Shown: positions 1 to 9,757 of the stretch, in pieces
How the letters are laid out: every line of letters begins with the position of its first letter
Numbering within the stretch: position 1 is the first letter of the stretch
Notes under the pieces: model-generated
What the model saw: only the letters and a program-made list of their open reading frames with translations
What the model was told of the DNA's origin: nothing
Databases searched by the model: none
NCBI GenBank assembly: GCA_964594455.1
Contig: CAZQLY010000008.1
Coordinates: forward strand, 42-64,041
DNA: 64,000 nt
Direction of reading: 5' to 3'
Source of the DNA: an uncultured Gammaproteobacteria bacterium
GTDB lineage: Bacteria; Patescibacteriota; Patescibacteriia; JAHIZJ01
Made by a program: the position numbers and the translations under genes

Positions 1-304
1 AAGGCGGATAACAATGAGCGCTGATTAGTATCACAATTTCACCCAGGGATTTAGCTATGCCCAGATTGAGCGATCGCCCAAATGAAAAATCATTAGGATC
101 AATATGTAAAATTGTAGTGGGATATTTTTGCGCAATCTCCAACGTGGAATCAGTTGATCCAGAATCAACTATTATCACTTCGAAGTTTTTATCTGTTTTT
201 TGGTTAAAGATACTTTTAAGCAACGTCTCAATGTGACGTTCTTCGTTGTAGGTTCTGATTAGTATGGATACATCGATGGAATTGGGTTGGGGATCGGATG
301 ACAT
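1..304 (-). CDS. Glycosyltransferase family 2 (N-terminal part; runs off the window edge)
   Basis: Not in the ORF track. Manual translation from ATG at 304 gives MSSDPQPNSIDVSILIRTYNEERHIETLLKSIFNQ...EVIIVDSGSTDSTLEIA, a typical GT2 N-terminus. Confidence 0.9.
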   Translation of the reverse strand, partial: MSSDPQPNSIDVSILIRTYNEERHIETLLKSIFNQKTDKNFEVIIVDSGSTDSTLEIAQKYPTTILHIDPNDFSFGRSLNLGIAKSLGEIVILISAHCYPP

Positions 305-308
305 TCTT

Positions 309-992
309 TTATCTGACTATATTTTCCTGCATCAGTATTTCGGCTATTTTGAAATCATTGGGAGTGTCTATGTCTGTTGCTTCCAATTGATCTATTTCGA
401 AAAGATAAGGCTTTTGTCCTACTCTGTTGTTTCCATTGTTACTAAAGGACTCTTTACTGAAGATGTAAAGATTTGAATTTTCTTCGTAAACCGGATCCAA
501 GTCTTGGGTGCGTAACAGCTTTTTGGGATTATGGTTGATCGGATTACCGTTTTTGTCGTAGAGTCTGGTTTGCAGACGAGTCACTGACATTAGGGAGTCA
601 TTTTTTTCAAGTGATTCAAAATATTTTTCGATTGCTGCATTGATTGTCTCGGTCTTAAGCAGGGGGTTGGTAGTGTGGGTTTGTAAGAAATGCGCTCCTT
701 CAATCTGGCTTAAGTCATGAGCGATAATCTTATTCATTGATACCATGTCATCCCTCAATCCATTGGGCCGGTCGATAACTTTTATTTCTGGCAATATTTT
801 ATATATAGTTTGAGTTATTTTTTCGCTATCAGTATCAACATAAACCTCTTTGATGCAACTGGATTTTCTTAGTGTGTCCAGTATGTAGTACAAAAGTGGC
901 TGACCAGCAAATTCGCGGATATTTTTTTCTGGTACTCGTTCGCTATGCCCCTTCATTGGCACCAGAGCGATTACCTCTTTTTTTGGTTCCAT
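309..992 (-). CDS. Acylneuraminate (CMP-nonulosonate) cytidylyltransferase, NeuA/PseF-like
   Basis: ALVPMKGHSERVPEKNIREFAGQPL, TTNPL and DIDTPNDF motifs. Start trimmed to MEPKK at 992. Confidence 0.9.
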   Translation of the reverse strand: MEPKKEVIALVPMKGHSERVPEKNIREFAGQPLLYYILDTLRKSSCIKEVYVDTDSEKITQTIYKILPEIKVIDRPNGLRDDMVSMNKIIAHDLSQIEGAHFLQTHTTNPLLKTETINAAIEKYFESLEKNDSLMSVTRLQTRLYDKNGNPINHNPKKLLRTQDLDPVYEENSNLYIFSKESFSNNGNNRVGQKPYLFEIDQLEATDIDTPNDFKIAEILMQENIVR

Positions 993-1093
993 AGGTGATA
1001 GTTTATTGACCAAGTATTTAAAATCATACTTCTGTTGAGGCCATATGTCAAACAAAAAAATCTGACAGATCAGATTTAATTGTGGGTATATTG

Positions 1094-2137
1094 TTAGGCT
1101 AATTTAGATCTTATTTTGGTCCAGATTTTCCACTTCCAGGTCCGAACGCGAATCAAAAAACAAGTTAATTTAGTGGTTGTATTAATTGGCTTGGGTTGAT
1201 ATTTTTTTTCTGCAATGTTATTGAGTATCTTCTCGCAAAATTGATAATAATCATTAGTGGCGTTTTCAATTGAAAAGACAGGTAGGTTGTTTTTATACTC
1301 GGAATAGTTTCTAGTCACAGTCTCTATTTTTTTAATAACGTCAGATTCATCCTGAAAGGTTAATCCACCTTTGCCCACTAGCTCAGGGTGACCGCCGTCA
1401 TTCAATGCCACAGCTGGTAAGCCGCAAGTCAGTGCTTCGATTAATGAGTTAGAACAAGGATCATTTTGAGAAGCGGTTATGTAGATATCGTGCTGGTTCA
1501 AGATTTGAGCCAGCTCTTCGGAGGGGAGGGGTTTGATCCATTTGATATTATTAAACTCGATAGGTGAGTGGCCGATGAATGTCATCTCGTATCTTAAAAA
1601 ATCCAAGTTCTGATCCAGATATTTATATATTTGAAAGCCTTTATTCCAATTAGCTGACCAGCTGGTAGCAATGATTTTTATTTTTTGCTCAGGGTGGTAG
1701 GGAGATTTATTTTTATCATTAAAGATTTCATTGTTGGAAGCATTGTAAATATACGTCTCGTGCGGCGCGCTTATTCCCAGCTTGGTTTTGTTCTGTTCCA
1801 TACTCCATTTTGATTGAAAGACAATGCCGTCTATCACCGCATCACCAAACTTTTTGATAATCAAATCAATATCCTTATCTCGTCCACGGTAAAGGAAAAG
1901 CGGGCCATCAAGTCGATAGAGTATGGGTTTGTCGGGATGTTCTTTTTTTATTTTTACGGCTTCTCGAAAAAGATGTTCTGCGCCAAAAGGGTAGACATTA
2001 AACAAAACAACATCGGCTTGTCTGGGGTTTTCTTCGTATTGGCCGTTTTCTGTTAATTTATTCCGGAGAGCTTTCAGAAACTGATTACCGCCGCCCCAGG
2101 GTCCGGATTGGAATTTATATAGAACGCTGATTTTCAT
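1094..2137 (-). CDS. Glycosyltransferase family 4 (GT-B)
   Basis: GPWGGGNQF N-terminus and DPCSNSLIEALTCGLP motif. Start trimmed to MKISVLY at 2137. Confidence 0.85.
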   Translation of the reverse strand: MKISVLYKFQSGPWGGGNQFLKALRNKLTENGQYEENPRQADVVLFNVYPFGAEHLFREAVKIKKEHPDKPILYRLDGPLFLYRGRDKDIDLIIKKFGDAVIDGIVFQSKWSMEQNKTKLGISAPHETYIYNASNNEIFNDKNKSPYHPEQKIKIIATSWSANWNKGFQIYKYLDQNLDFLRYEMTFIGHSPIEFNNIKWIKPLPSEELAQILNQHDIYITASQNDPCSNSLIEALTCGLPAVALNDGGHPELVGKGGLTFQDESDVIKKIETVTRNYSEYKNNLPVFSIENATNDYYQFCEKILNNIAEKKYQPKPINTTTKLTCFLIRVRTWKWKIWTKIRSKLA

Positions 2138-3035
2138 CGTAGGAAAAAGATTTGTATTTATCTCTGATGGTTTGGGGTGTAATGCGGGGTGAGGCTTGAG
2201 AGATGGCTTGTTCAAAATCAATCAACGGATATATCTTCAGCAAAGTTTCTTCCGGCTCCAAACGATAGCAACCTAGACCTTTCTTTTCGCAGGCTTTTTT
2301 GGCGGCTTGGGCACATTTTAAAATATATTCGTCTTCTGGAAATTTTATTGGGTCGCCCTGCATTGATTGATATTTACGGTTCCTGTCCCAGAAGTGCCCG
2401 GTGTGTAACAGGTGATCCACGCCTGAGAAATATACGTTTGATATTCCTAAGAAACCGCAAACTGGCAAGAAGGTGCCTTCGAGCGTGCCACCCAGAGCAC
2501 GGATTGGTTCCACGGCTGTTTCAAGATATTCTGGATGCAAGTTGTCCGGATTCATCCTACCTCTGTGCTCTCGGAACAGGACATAAGATGCTTCCGGATG
2601 CCGGTTTCGTAATTTTTTCATAACCGGTGAACTGAAAAAAGAAGGGGAGAAAGAATCATTGGCCGGCAGCATAATGAAGGTTTCAGACAAGTCGATTTTT
2701 CCATGTTTATCTTCTTCTTCCATCACAGCTTGGGCCAGGGGTTCATAATGCAGAAACCAGAGGGTCGGGCTAAATCCGTATTTTTGGTTCAAGGAATAGG
2801 GAGCAGTTGTGACAGTAAAAACGTTGTAATCTTTTAGCCTGTCTACATTCTTGAGATTATCCACGCTGCCGCCAGTGGCGAAAGCAAAGACATTCTTATC
2901 TTTGAAATGAGGTATTAGTTCGGAAAAGAAAAACAGATGACCTGACTCCCTCATTTTATTGATCGCTTTTCTCTCGAAGATGTCGGCTCTTTTGGAGATC
3001 TTATAGGTAAGTGTATTGACCCAGGATGAGCTCAT
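2115..3035 (-). CDS. DUF115/Maf-like putative (nonulosonate) glycosyltransferase
   Basis: FAFATGGSV and FLGISNVYFSGVDH resemble the GxGPSL and LG..IYLxGxD motifs of Maf/DUF115/GT42-like folds. Lies near a CMP-nonulosonate synthetase. Confidence 0.5.
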   Translation of the reverse strand: MSSSWVNTLTYKISKRADIFERKAINKMRESGHLFFFSELIPHFKDKNVFAFATGGSVDNLKNVDRLKDYNVFTVTTAPYSLNQKYGFSPTLWFLHYEPLAQAVMEEEDKHGKIDLSETFIMLPANDSFSPSFFSSPVMKKLRNRHPEASYVLFREHRGRMNPDNLHPEYLETAVEPIRALGGTLEGTFLPVCGFLGISNVYFSGVDHLLHTGHFWDRNRKYQSMQGDPIKFPEDEYILKCAQAAKKACEKKGLGCYRLEPEETLLKIYPLIDFEQAISQASPRITPQTIRDKYKSFSYDENQRSI

Positions 3036-3094
3036 TGGTTGAATTTATTAATTAAAACTATTTTATTATAGATAAAAAACCAGTATACTTCAAC

Positions 3095-4060
3095 TTATTT
3101 GATGTGTTTTTTAATTCTTCTGATATTGTTGAAGAACAAGGTATTCATGGTTTTGTAAATAAAATATTTCAGCTTGTTTTCCCGACCAGTTTCTATATTT
3201 AGGTAATACGGTACACGGATGTTAAAATCTTTCACACTTTTTTTAGGATCAATTGTTTGCACGGTTTTAATAGCATCAGAGAGAGTTTTCAAAAACAGTT
3301 TATACATTTCCAGGCTTTTTTCTTTAGGACGATTGAGTGTGAAATTTGTTCCCTCCAATAGAATAGGACGCCAGCCACCTTTGTAATGCAAAATATGTTT
3401 TTCTGATGTGACGGCAGTAGAGCGAGTTTCGTTTAGCTGAGCGCATGGCAAGGCGACTAGCTGCACGGATTCTAAGTCGATGTTAGCTAAAAAGTTACTT
3501 TTTTCTTTTGTATACTGAACTAAGTTATAAAAAGACATTTGATCAGTTCCGCCATAGGGATAATCGTCTGTGTTATTGGCTTTGGCGTATTCTTCTGGAT
3601 TGTTAAGGATTGAATTAGTTTGGATTTGCCATTCTCTGAAGAATTTAATCGCCCGATTAGAATTTTTTACTAACATAACTCCAGTGTTGAGAGGAATTCG
3701 CTCGTTTTTTACCGTAAAAGCGATATCGAAGTTTTTTTTATAAAAATGTGTAATATCTTTCAGTACCAAGGTGTCGCTATCCAACAGACATATCTGTTCA
3801 TTCGGGTATAGTCCTATTGCTTTACTCCAAAGCATTGTTTTACTGGAAATTCTTTTGATGAAGTCTTGGGGTATATTAACTTCATTCCTTGCGAATTCCA
3901 CATGGGGAAAGACTTGGCTCAAGAGTTTTATGTAACGCTGATCAATATCGGTCCAAAAAACGGAAACATTAGCATCCGGATTACTTTTAGTAATCGAAAA
4001 AATGCAGGTCAGCAAAAACCCTATATAGTCGTTACCGTATGCTGTGGTGATGAATCTCAT
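3095..4060 (-). CDS. GT-A nucleotide-diphospho-sugar transferase (GT8/GT77-like)
   Basis: LLDSDTLV DxD motif, LNTGVMLV, TDQ and ILHYKG. Confidence 0.75.
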   Translation of the reverse strand: MRFITTAYGNDYIGFLLTCIFSITKSNPDANVSVFWTDIDQRYIKLLSQVFPHVEFARNEVNIPQDFIKRISSKTMLWSKAIGLYPNEQICLLDSDTLVLKDITHFYKKNFDIAFTVKNERIPLNTGVMLVKNSNRAIKFFREWQIQTNSILNNPEEYAKANNTDDYPYGGTDQMSFYNLVQYTKEKSNFLANIDLESVQLVALPCAQLNETRSTAVTSEKHILHYKGGWRPILLEGTNFTLNRPKEKSLEMYKLFLKTLSDAIKTVQTIDPKKSVKDFNIRVPYYLNIETGRENKLKYFIYKTMNTLFFNNIRRIKKHIK

Positions 4061-4062
4061 TA

Positions 4063-4705
4063 TTAGGTATTTGCCTTTTTTAGAACGCCCCAGAATTCAC
4101 CAAACTGGATAGAATAGCTTTTTATCACCCAGCCGCTCTGGTTGATTTCTTCTTTCAAATCCGGCAGGGTGTATTCGATGTAGTGAGTTGGATCCAGACG
4201 GTATTCATAACCGTGTTCTTTTTTATACATCGTTAGCCAATCACGTGATAACATGGGGACACGTAACAAAATGCTGTCAGATAAGTCATGCATCTTTTTT
4301 CAAGAAGTTGACTCGATCTTCGATATGTTCCAGTACATTTGAAAGTATTATTTTGTCTATTTGTTTTTCAAAATGATATTGTGTAGCATCACCGACAATG
4401 AAAGAAAGATTATCTCCTTGGTATTTTTGTTTAGCTTGGTCGATATTGTTTTGTTTAATGTCAATACCGATCACGCGTTTGGCTTTTTTGGCTACATCAT
4501 AGGCGTTAGCTCCAGTGCCGCAACCGAGGTCTATGACTGTATCATCCGCAGTGACGTTATCTACAAAGAATTGGTGATAATTGATTATTGAATGCTTAGG
4601 ATGCTGGCCGTTATTTATCTTTGTGACCAAGTCAGTAATCTTTTTGTAAGAGTAGTTGTGCAGCCGGATAAATAAATTAAGTAACGACTGATTAAAGCTT
4701 TTCAT
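4063..4705 (-). pseudogene. Class I SAM-dependent methyltransferase split by a 1-nt frameshift
   Basis: The 5' part has VIDLGCGTG and SNVLEHIED. Removing one A from the A6 run (T6 at 4295-4300) joins it to HDLSDSILLRVP...LDPTHYIEYT. Confidence 0.8.
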
Positions 4706-4706
4706 A

Positions 4707-5597
4707 TTATTTTTTCCTGATAATCGTTGTACCCATGCTTTTTTCTGCCTCAAATTTCCCGCTAGTCAGTTCAAAAGTATCTGACAGGTAATCCAACACA
4801 TCCTTTCTTTGCCGGACTGATTCCATTGTATCAAGACCGTGTCCATCACCCAAACTGTAATCAAATATCAGATAGCCGCCTTTTTTTAAATGCGCGGTTA
4901 GGTTTTTCACTACGTCCAACGGGTTAGGTAAATGTTCCAATACTGCTTGAAGAAAGATTGTGTCGTAGTTATCTTTCAATTCAGGAAGTTCAGATGGATC
5001 AATGTCAACACACTTTACGCCAAAATTTTTCAGCTTCCATTTCGCATAATGGAAAGTGAATTGAGGTATATCAGCGATAGTCAGAGAATAATTTGTTTGC
5101 TCACTGTACACCAGGCTGGTTACTATCGGAGCCATACCGCAGCCATACTCAAGAATCGCTCCATTTGAGGGCAAATATTTTTTAAATGGGTAATAACTAA
5201 AGGGTGCGGTGGCAATTTTATACGCTGAATGGAATGTTAGATATATATTTTCTCGTTTTTGCCAGCTAGCCATGAATTCATTTTCATCGGCGTTCTCGCT
5301 TACTTCAATGGATTGAAACTTCGTGCGATACCAAGAATAAAGAAAGAAAAAATCGTGAAGATTAAGCGGCCGGCCGTCGAGTTGCTGCATCCAGTATTGA
5401 TTAAATTCTTTGAACCAGCCCCTGATGAATCCACTGTCGACCAGCTTTTTAAAAAGACCCAGCCTGATCAATGCCAAATAAGTAAATCGGGCGAGGAGAT
5501 TTAATGTTTTGACCCTAGAACTCTTTTGATCTAGTTTATTAATTTGCTCATGGAGATTTTTGATGTCTACGGAAATGTTTCCAAAGTGATCAGCCAT
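4707..5597 (-). CDS. Class I SAM-dependent methyltransferase
   Basis: ILEYGCGMA, AVLEHLPNP and LKKGGYLIF motifs. Confidence 0.85.
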   Translation of the reverse strand: MADHFGNISVDIKNLHEQINKLDQKSSRVKTLNLLARFTYLALIRLGLFKKLVDSGFIRGWFKEFNQYWMQQLDGRPLNLHDFFFLYSWYRTKFQSIEVSENADENEFMASWQKRENIYLTFHSAYKIATAPFSYYPFKKYLPSNGAILEYGCGMAPIVTSLVYSEQTNYSLTIADIPQFTFHYAKWKLKNFGVKCVDIDPSELPELKDNYDTIFLQAVLEHLPNPLDVVKNLTAHLKKGGYLIFDYSLGDGHGLDTMESVRQRKDVLDYLSDTFELTSGKFEAEKSMGTTIIRKK

Positions 5598-5601
5598 ATT
5601 C

Positions 5602-6723
5602 TTAACGGGTTAATTTTTTATTATAAATGTCGAGCTCTTTATTTATTATAATACTGAAATCATAATTTTGTTTAATAAACCGTCTGGCTTGCTGGCCTAG
5701 TTCATTCATTAGGGATTGGTTGGACAGTAGATGTACAATTTTTTCCTTCAAGCTGGATGCATCGGGTCGGGACAGTAATCCGTTTTTTCTATCCTTGATA
5801 ATATTATTAACCCCGATAACATCACAACCTACTATTGGCAGACCACATGACATTGCTTCTAACAAAGTCTTGGGGTTGCCTTCATGCAAAGAGGGGAAAG
5901 CATAGACCTTAAATGCATTATAATACTTTGGCAAATCATAGTTATTGACTTTGTCTATAAACTCTAAGTCAATACTGTTTTCTTGGGCATACTTTTTCAG
6001 AGAGGCTTTTTCTTCACCCTGGCCGATGAAGCAGGCTTTGTATCCTTGACCTTTAATCGCCTCAAGCAGATTGATTAAGTTTTTAGCAGCATTGAGACGG
6101 CCGACATAACCAATATCGTATTTCTTTTCAGAATCAAGAGGTTTGAATATTTCAGTATCTATAGAGTTGTTTAGGATGAATAATTTGTTTTTTAAAAAAC
6201 TATAGCGCTGTATCAGGTATTCAGACAGCTCTTGGGTTGGAATTAGGGCTATATTAGATAAGCGGTATGCCAACCACTCAATAATATTTATCTCCAGTTT
6301 TTTGAAAAAGTTTTTTTTGTAGAGTTTGGCGTTTAGAGAGGCCACATAACCGCTGCGGATCACCAGACATTTATTACGAAAAAATATTTTAGACAGAACA
6401 GCCGGAATTGATCCGTAGATTTGGTTAGTTTTATAAACATGACATTGTGACAAGATGTTTCGATGGGAAAAGGGGAGAATGAATTGATAGAGCGAATTTG
6501 ATAAACTGCTTTTCTTTAATACCACTGATATGTTGTCTTTTAGCTTATTTCCAAGTTTTAAATCTTCAGAGCCGCCGTAGCTGAAAATATAGATATGGTT
6601 AAAGTGATCAGCTAAATAATTATAGGGAGCGATCTCGCGTTCTAACATTCCAATCTCCTGCCATTTCTGCAACGACATGCCGTCAGTCAGGAATAAGGCT
6701 AAATTTTTATCTTTTAAATTCAT
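5602..6723 (-). CDS. Glycosyltransferase family 4
   Basis: YVGRLNAAKN and PSLHEGNPKTLLEAMSCGLP. Confidence 0.92.
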   Translation of the reverse strand: MNLKDKNLALFLTDGMSLQKWQEIGMLEREIAPYNYLADHFNHIYIFSYGGSEDLKLGNKLKDNISVVLKKSSLSNSLYQFILPFSHRNILSQCHVYKTNQIYGSIPAVLSKIFFRNKCLVIRSGYVASLNAKLYKKNFFKKLEINIIEWLAYRLSNIALIPTQELSEYLIQRYSFLKNKLFILNNSIDTEIFKPLDSEKKYDIGYVGRLNAAKNLINLLEAIKGQGYKACFIGQGEEKASLKKYAQENSIDLEFIDKVNNYDLPKYYNAFKVYAFPSLHEGNPKTLLEAMSCGLPIVGCDVIGVNNIIKDRKNGLLSRPDASSLKEKIVHLLSNQSLMNELGQQARRFIKQNYDFSIIINKELDIYNKKLTR

Positions 6724-7687
6724 TCCAAGAATCTTTATAAACCAGCTTGCGATATAATTTATATATTATAGGAAGATGTACAAATAGCCAAAATAGTGTA
6801 GTGTTGTTTTTCTTCTCTAACCTTTTGTACTGAGAATTATAGAGCCTTTTAGCCGCCTTGAACTCTCCTTGCTTGAGATGGTTTTTTAAGCGATCTTCGA
6901 TTACCACGCTATTGTTTGTTTCCACACTTTCTTTATTCAAGATCATCTGCGGGTCAAATTGATCGTAGGAATCGCTATGGTTTTTTATTCGTTCCTGATA
7001 GAACTCTTTGGCTTTTTCTGCGAATAGGATTTGTTTGTCTCGATTGCGATAGCTGATGGCTTTTGGATCCATGCGCCAGTGAACCAATACCTCATTTAAG
7101 TTGACCAGCTTCTTGTTTTGAGAAAGCAGGTTTAAATAAAAATCATAGTCTTGAGCATAGTAGAATTTTTCTCTGTACTCAATTCCTTCATTTCTGAAAA
7201 AGATGGTGCTGTGCACAAAACAGTTTTGATTGGATAATGCTCGTGCCACACCCTCAACGGAGAATAGATAGTCTTTCTGTTTTTTGGGTGTTAGGTGGCC
7301 TTTATCATCAATGAAGCTGATGGCTGAACCACACAAAAAAACATCGGTGTGACTTTCTAAATAGTTAAATTGTTTAGCCAAACGCCCTGTTAGGGAAACA
7401 TCATTGGCATCTTGGCGGGCTATGTATCTGCCTTGCGCTTGATGTAGTCCTTTGTTTAAAGATTTGGTCAAGCCGATATTATCATTGTTCCGAATGAGTT
7501 TAATCCGGCTGTCTTTTTTTTGATAGCTTTCGATAATCGATAATGAATTGTCAGTTGAACCATCATCAATAATAATAAATTCAAAGTCCGATTCACTTTG
7601 ATTTAAAATTGATTCAATAGACTGAGCCAGATAGGCTTGATCATTGTAAACCGATGTGATAACTGATATTTTTGGTCGATCATTCAT
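6707..7687 (-). CDS. Glycosyltransferase family 2
   Basis: ISVITSVYN, IIIDDGSTD and YIARQDAND. Confidence 0.92.
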   Translation of the reverse strand: MNDRPKISVITSVYNDQAYLAQSIESILNQSESDFEFIIIDDGSTDNSLSIIESYQKKDSRIKLIRNNDNIGLTKSLNKGLHQAQGRYIARQDANDVSLTGRLAKQFNYLESHTDVFLCGSAISFIDDKGHLTPKKQKDYLFSVEGVARALSNQNCFVHSTIFFRNEGIEYREKFYYAQDYDFYLNLLSQNKKLVNLNEVLVHWRMDPKAISYRNRDKQILFAEKAKEFYQERIKNHSDSYDQFDPQMILNKESVETNNSVVIEDRLKNHLKQGEFKAAKRLYNSQYKRLEKKNNTTLFWLFVHLPIIYKLYRKLVYKDSWNEFKR

Positions 7688-7691
7688 AGTT

Positions 7692-8657
7692 TTATAACTT
7701 CGGTTTTTTGATAAATAGGAAGGTGTCTTTTTTAATAACCCTTTTGGTTTGCATGCGATGACGCAGGATCAGGGTTTGAGGAAACTTGATCAAGAACAGA
7801 CCGATTGACCAGAGAAACGCCGTAATAGGGCAAAAAGATTTTCGAGCCACAGCCTGCTTCAGCGTCTTAAGTATTTCCAAAACAGTAAAACCCAGCCCGA
7901 ACAATAGGGCGTTGTACCAAACCAGGTTTTTTATTATAACCCGCATCACACCAGAGAAATGATATTTGTATTTCCAGCACCAGTAAGCCGTGTCGGTTCG
8001 AGTAGCCAAGCCAATGTGGATGGTATGAATCTGCGCATAGACATAGCAGGGGAAGCCCATCAACCAGGCCCTAAATCCCAGATCGCCGTCATCAATATTG
8101 AAAGGCTGACTAGTATCAAATCCGCCCAAAGCTTCCCAATTATCCTTGCGACCGAATATTGTTGCACCGATCAAACTGGACGTTTGATAATAGCCATGCT
8201 GCCTCAAAGTTGCCAGGGCCTGAGGCTTATTTCCTCCCAGGAAGTATCGATAGCCGAATCCACCATAACCCACAGTCTTTGATTGTCCAGCGTCAAGGCA
8301 GGGGAGACTAATAAAACATTTGTCTTTTTTGTTCCGGCTCAGTTGTAGGAGTTGATTAATGGCGTCAGAATTGTTAATTACTATATCGTTATCCAGTAAA
8401 AGAAAATATTCTCCTTGGGCTGATTCGACTCCGATGTTTTTGCCACGGGAGTAACCCAGATTTTTTTCATTTCGTACAATTCGTATGTTTGGGAAATTAT
8501 TTAAATAATCCAGGCTAGCGTCAGTGGAATTATTATCAACCACAATGAATTCCAAATCAGGGTAACTTAATTTTAACAGACTCGGTATTGATTCTGTTAA
8601 ATATTTCTGACCATTGTAATTTAAAACTATAACGCTAATCAATGGATGCTTAGCCAT
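7692..8657 (-). CDS. Glycosyltransferase family 2 (rhamnosyltransferase-like)
   Basis: ISVIVLNYNG, VVDNNSTD, LLLDND and GGFD. Confidence 0.88.
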   Translation of the reverse strand: MAKHPLISVIVLNYNGQKYLTESIPSLLKLSYPDLEFIVVDNNSTDASLDYLNNFPNIRIVRNEKNLGYSRGKNIGVESAQGEYFLLLDNDIVINNSDAINQLLQLSRNKKDKCFISLPCLDAGQSKTVGYGGFGYRYFLGGNKPQALATLRQHGYYQTSSLIGATIFGRKDNWEALGGFDTSQPFNIDDGDLGFRAWLMGFPCYVYAQIHTIHIGLATRTDTAYWCWKYKYHFSGVMRVIIKNLVWYNALLFGLGFTVLEILKTLKQAVARKSFCPITAFLWSIGLFLIKFPQTLILRHRMQTKRVIKKDTFLFIKKPKL

Positions 8658-9756
8658 GTGATACAAGTTTTGTTAATTCTTCATAAAATTCAGAGCTGTT
8701 TTTTCTCAAGCTGTGGTTTTTTATCGTGTAGTTATAGATGTTGTTTGATAACTGTTGATAAAGCTCCGCGTTGGTCATAATTTGTTGTAAGTTTTTATCG
8801 AGCTCAGATAAATCGTTGCGGGACACTAGACCGATTTTATTTTTATCAAAAATGTTATCAGGATTAACGTTTAGGCTTAGAATCGGAGTTTTGTTTATTC
8901 CTGCCTGAAGAAATGTCGCTGGAAAACCTTCCTGGTTTGAGGTATTTACTAAGAGCTTAGCTTTTTGAAAATAGCTGTTTGATTCATTGTGTGGCACAAA
9001 ATTAATAAAGAGAAGATTTGAAACTGTTGAAGCTTGTTTCCTGATGAGCTCAAAATAATCTTGTTGGTTGGTTGCGGCTGGAGCAATCATAACAAATTTA
9101 TAATCAGGATTTTCTCTTGCCAGATGCAAAAAGTGTTCTGGCTGTTTGTATAATTTATCGCAACGTCCAATCCAGAGAATGTAATCCTTACTGTCTGGCT
9201 TATCGGCACGTTTTGATTCAGCTACTACTGATCGTATTATTATACTGTCGCGGTTGAAATTCTTTTTGACGGCTTCTTTCTGGTATTCTGATTGAACATA
9301 TATAAGGTTACTGAACTTAAACAGCTTTTTGGCCAATGTTTTCCAAATTGGATTTCGGTGGATTGGGTGGGTTAGATCCACCTCACCATCGTTAGCTACC
9401 ATATAGGCGAATTTCTTTCCTGACAGTTTGCAGATGAAAGCGATTATGCCAGAAAATTTAGACAGTGCCCGCTGGATATAAATGTCCGCTTGGATTTTTT
9501 TTAAAGTTTGGTAAAAGACCCAAATCTGTTTCAACATATTGGCTTTGAAATTGATGGATTTCCAAGTAGTAATATTATCGAATGTCTCTCGGTTTTTTTG
9601 TCCGAAATCAGCCACCATAAAATGACAGTCTATCGACTGGTCTCCGGCCAGCTGCGAAGCTATCAAAAAAAGTTGTACTTCAGAACCGCCAAAGGTTGAT
9701 CGTACCTTGGGATTAAATAGCTGATATGATTTTGGGGCAATGAAGCAAACTTTCAT
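8650..9756 (-). CDS. Glycosyltransferase family 4
   Basis: FGGSEVQ and TSNQEGFPATFLQAG. Confidence 0.88.
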   Translation of the reverse strand: MKVCFIAPKSYQLFNPKVRSTFGGSEVQLFLIASQLAGDQSIDCHFMVADFGQKNRETFDNITTWKSINFKANMLKQIWVFYQTLKKIQADIYIQRALSKFSGIIAFICKLSGKKFAYMVANDGEVDLTHPIHRNPIWKTLAKKLFKFSNLIYVQSEYQKEAVKKNFNRDSIIIRSVVAESKRADKPDSKDYILWIGRCDKLYKQPEHFLHLARENPDYKFVMIAPAATNQQDYFELIRKQASTVSNLLFINFVPHNESNSYFQKAKLLVNTSNQEGFPATFLQAGINKTPILSLNVNPDNIFDKNKIGLVSRNDLSELDKNLQQIMTNAELYQQLSNNIYNYTIKNHSLRKNSSEFYEELTKLVSHG

Positions 9757-9757
9757 A

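Noticed and set aside
4294-4300. Programmed -1 frameshift at A-AAA-AAG
   Set aside because: The heptamer is out of phase with the upstream frame; joining the halves needs +1, not -1
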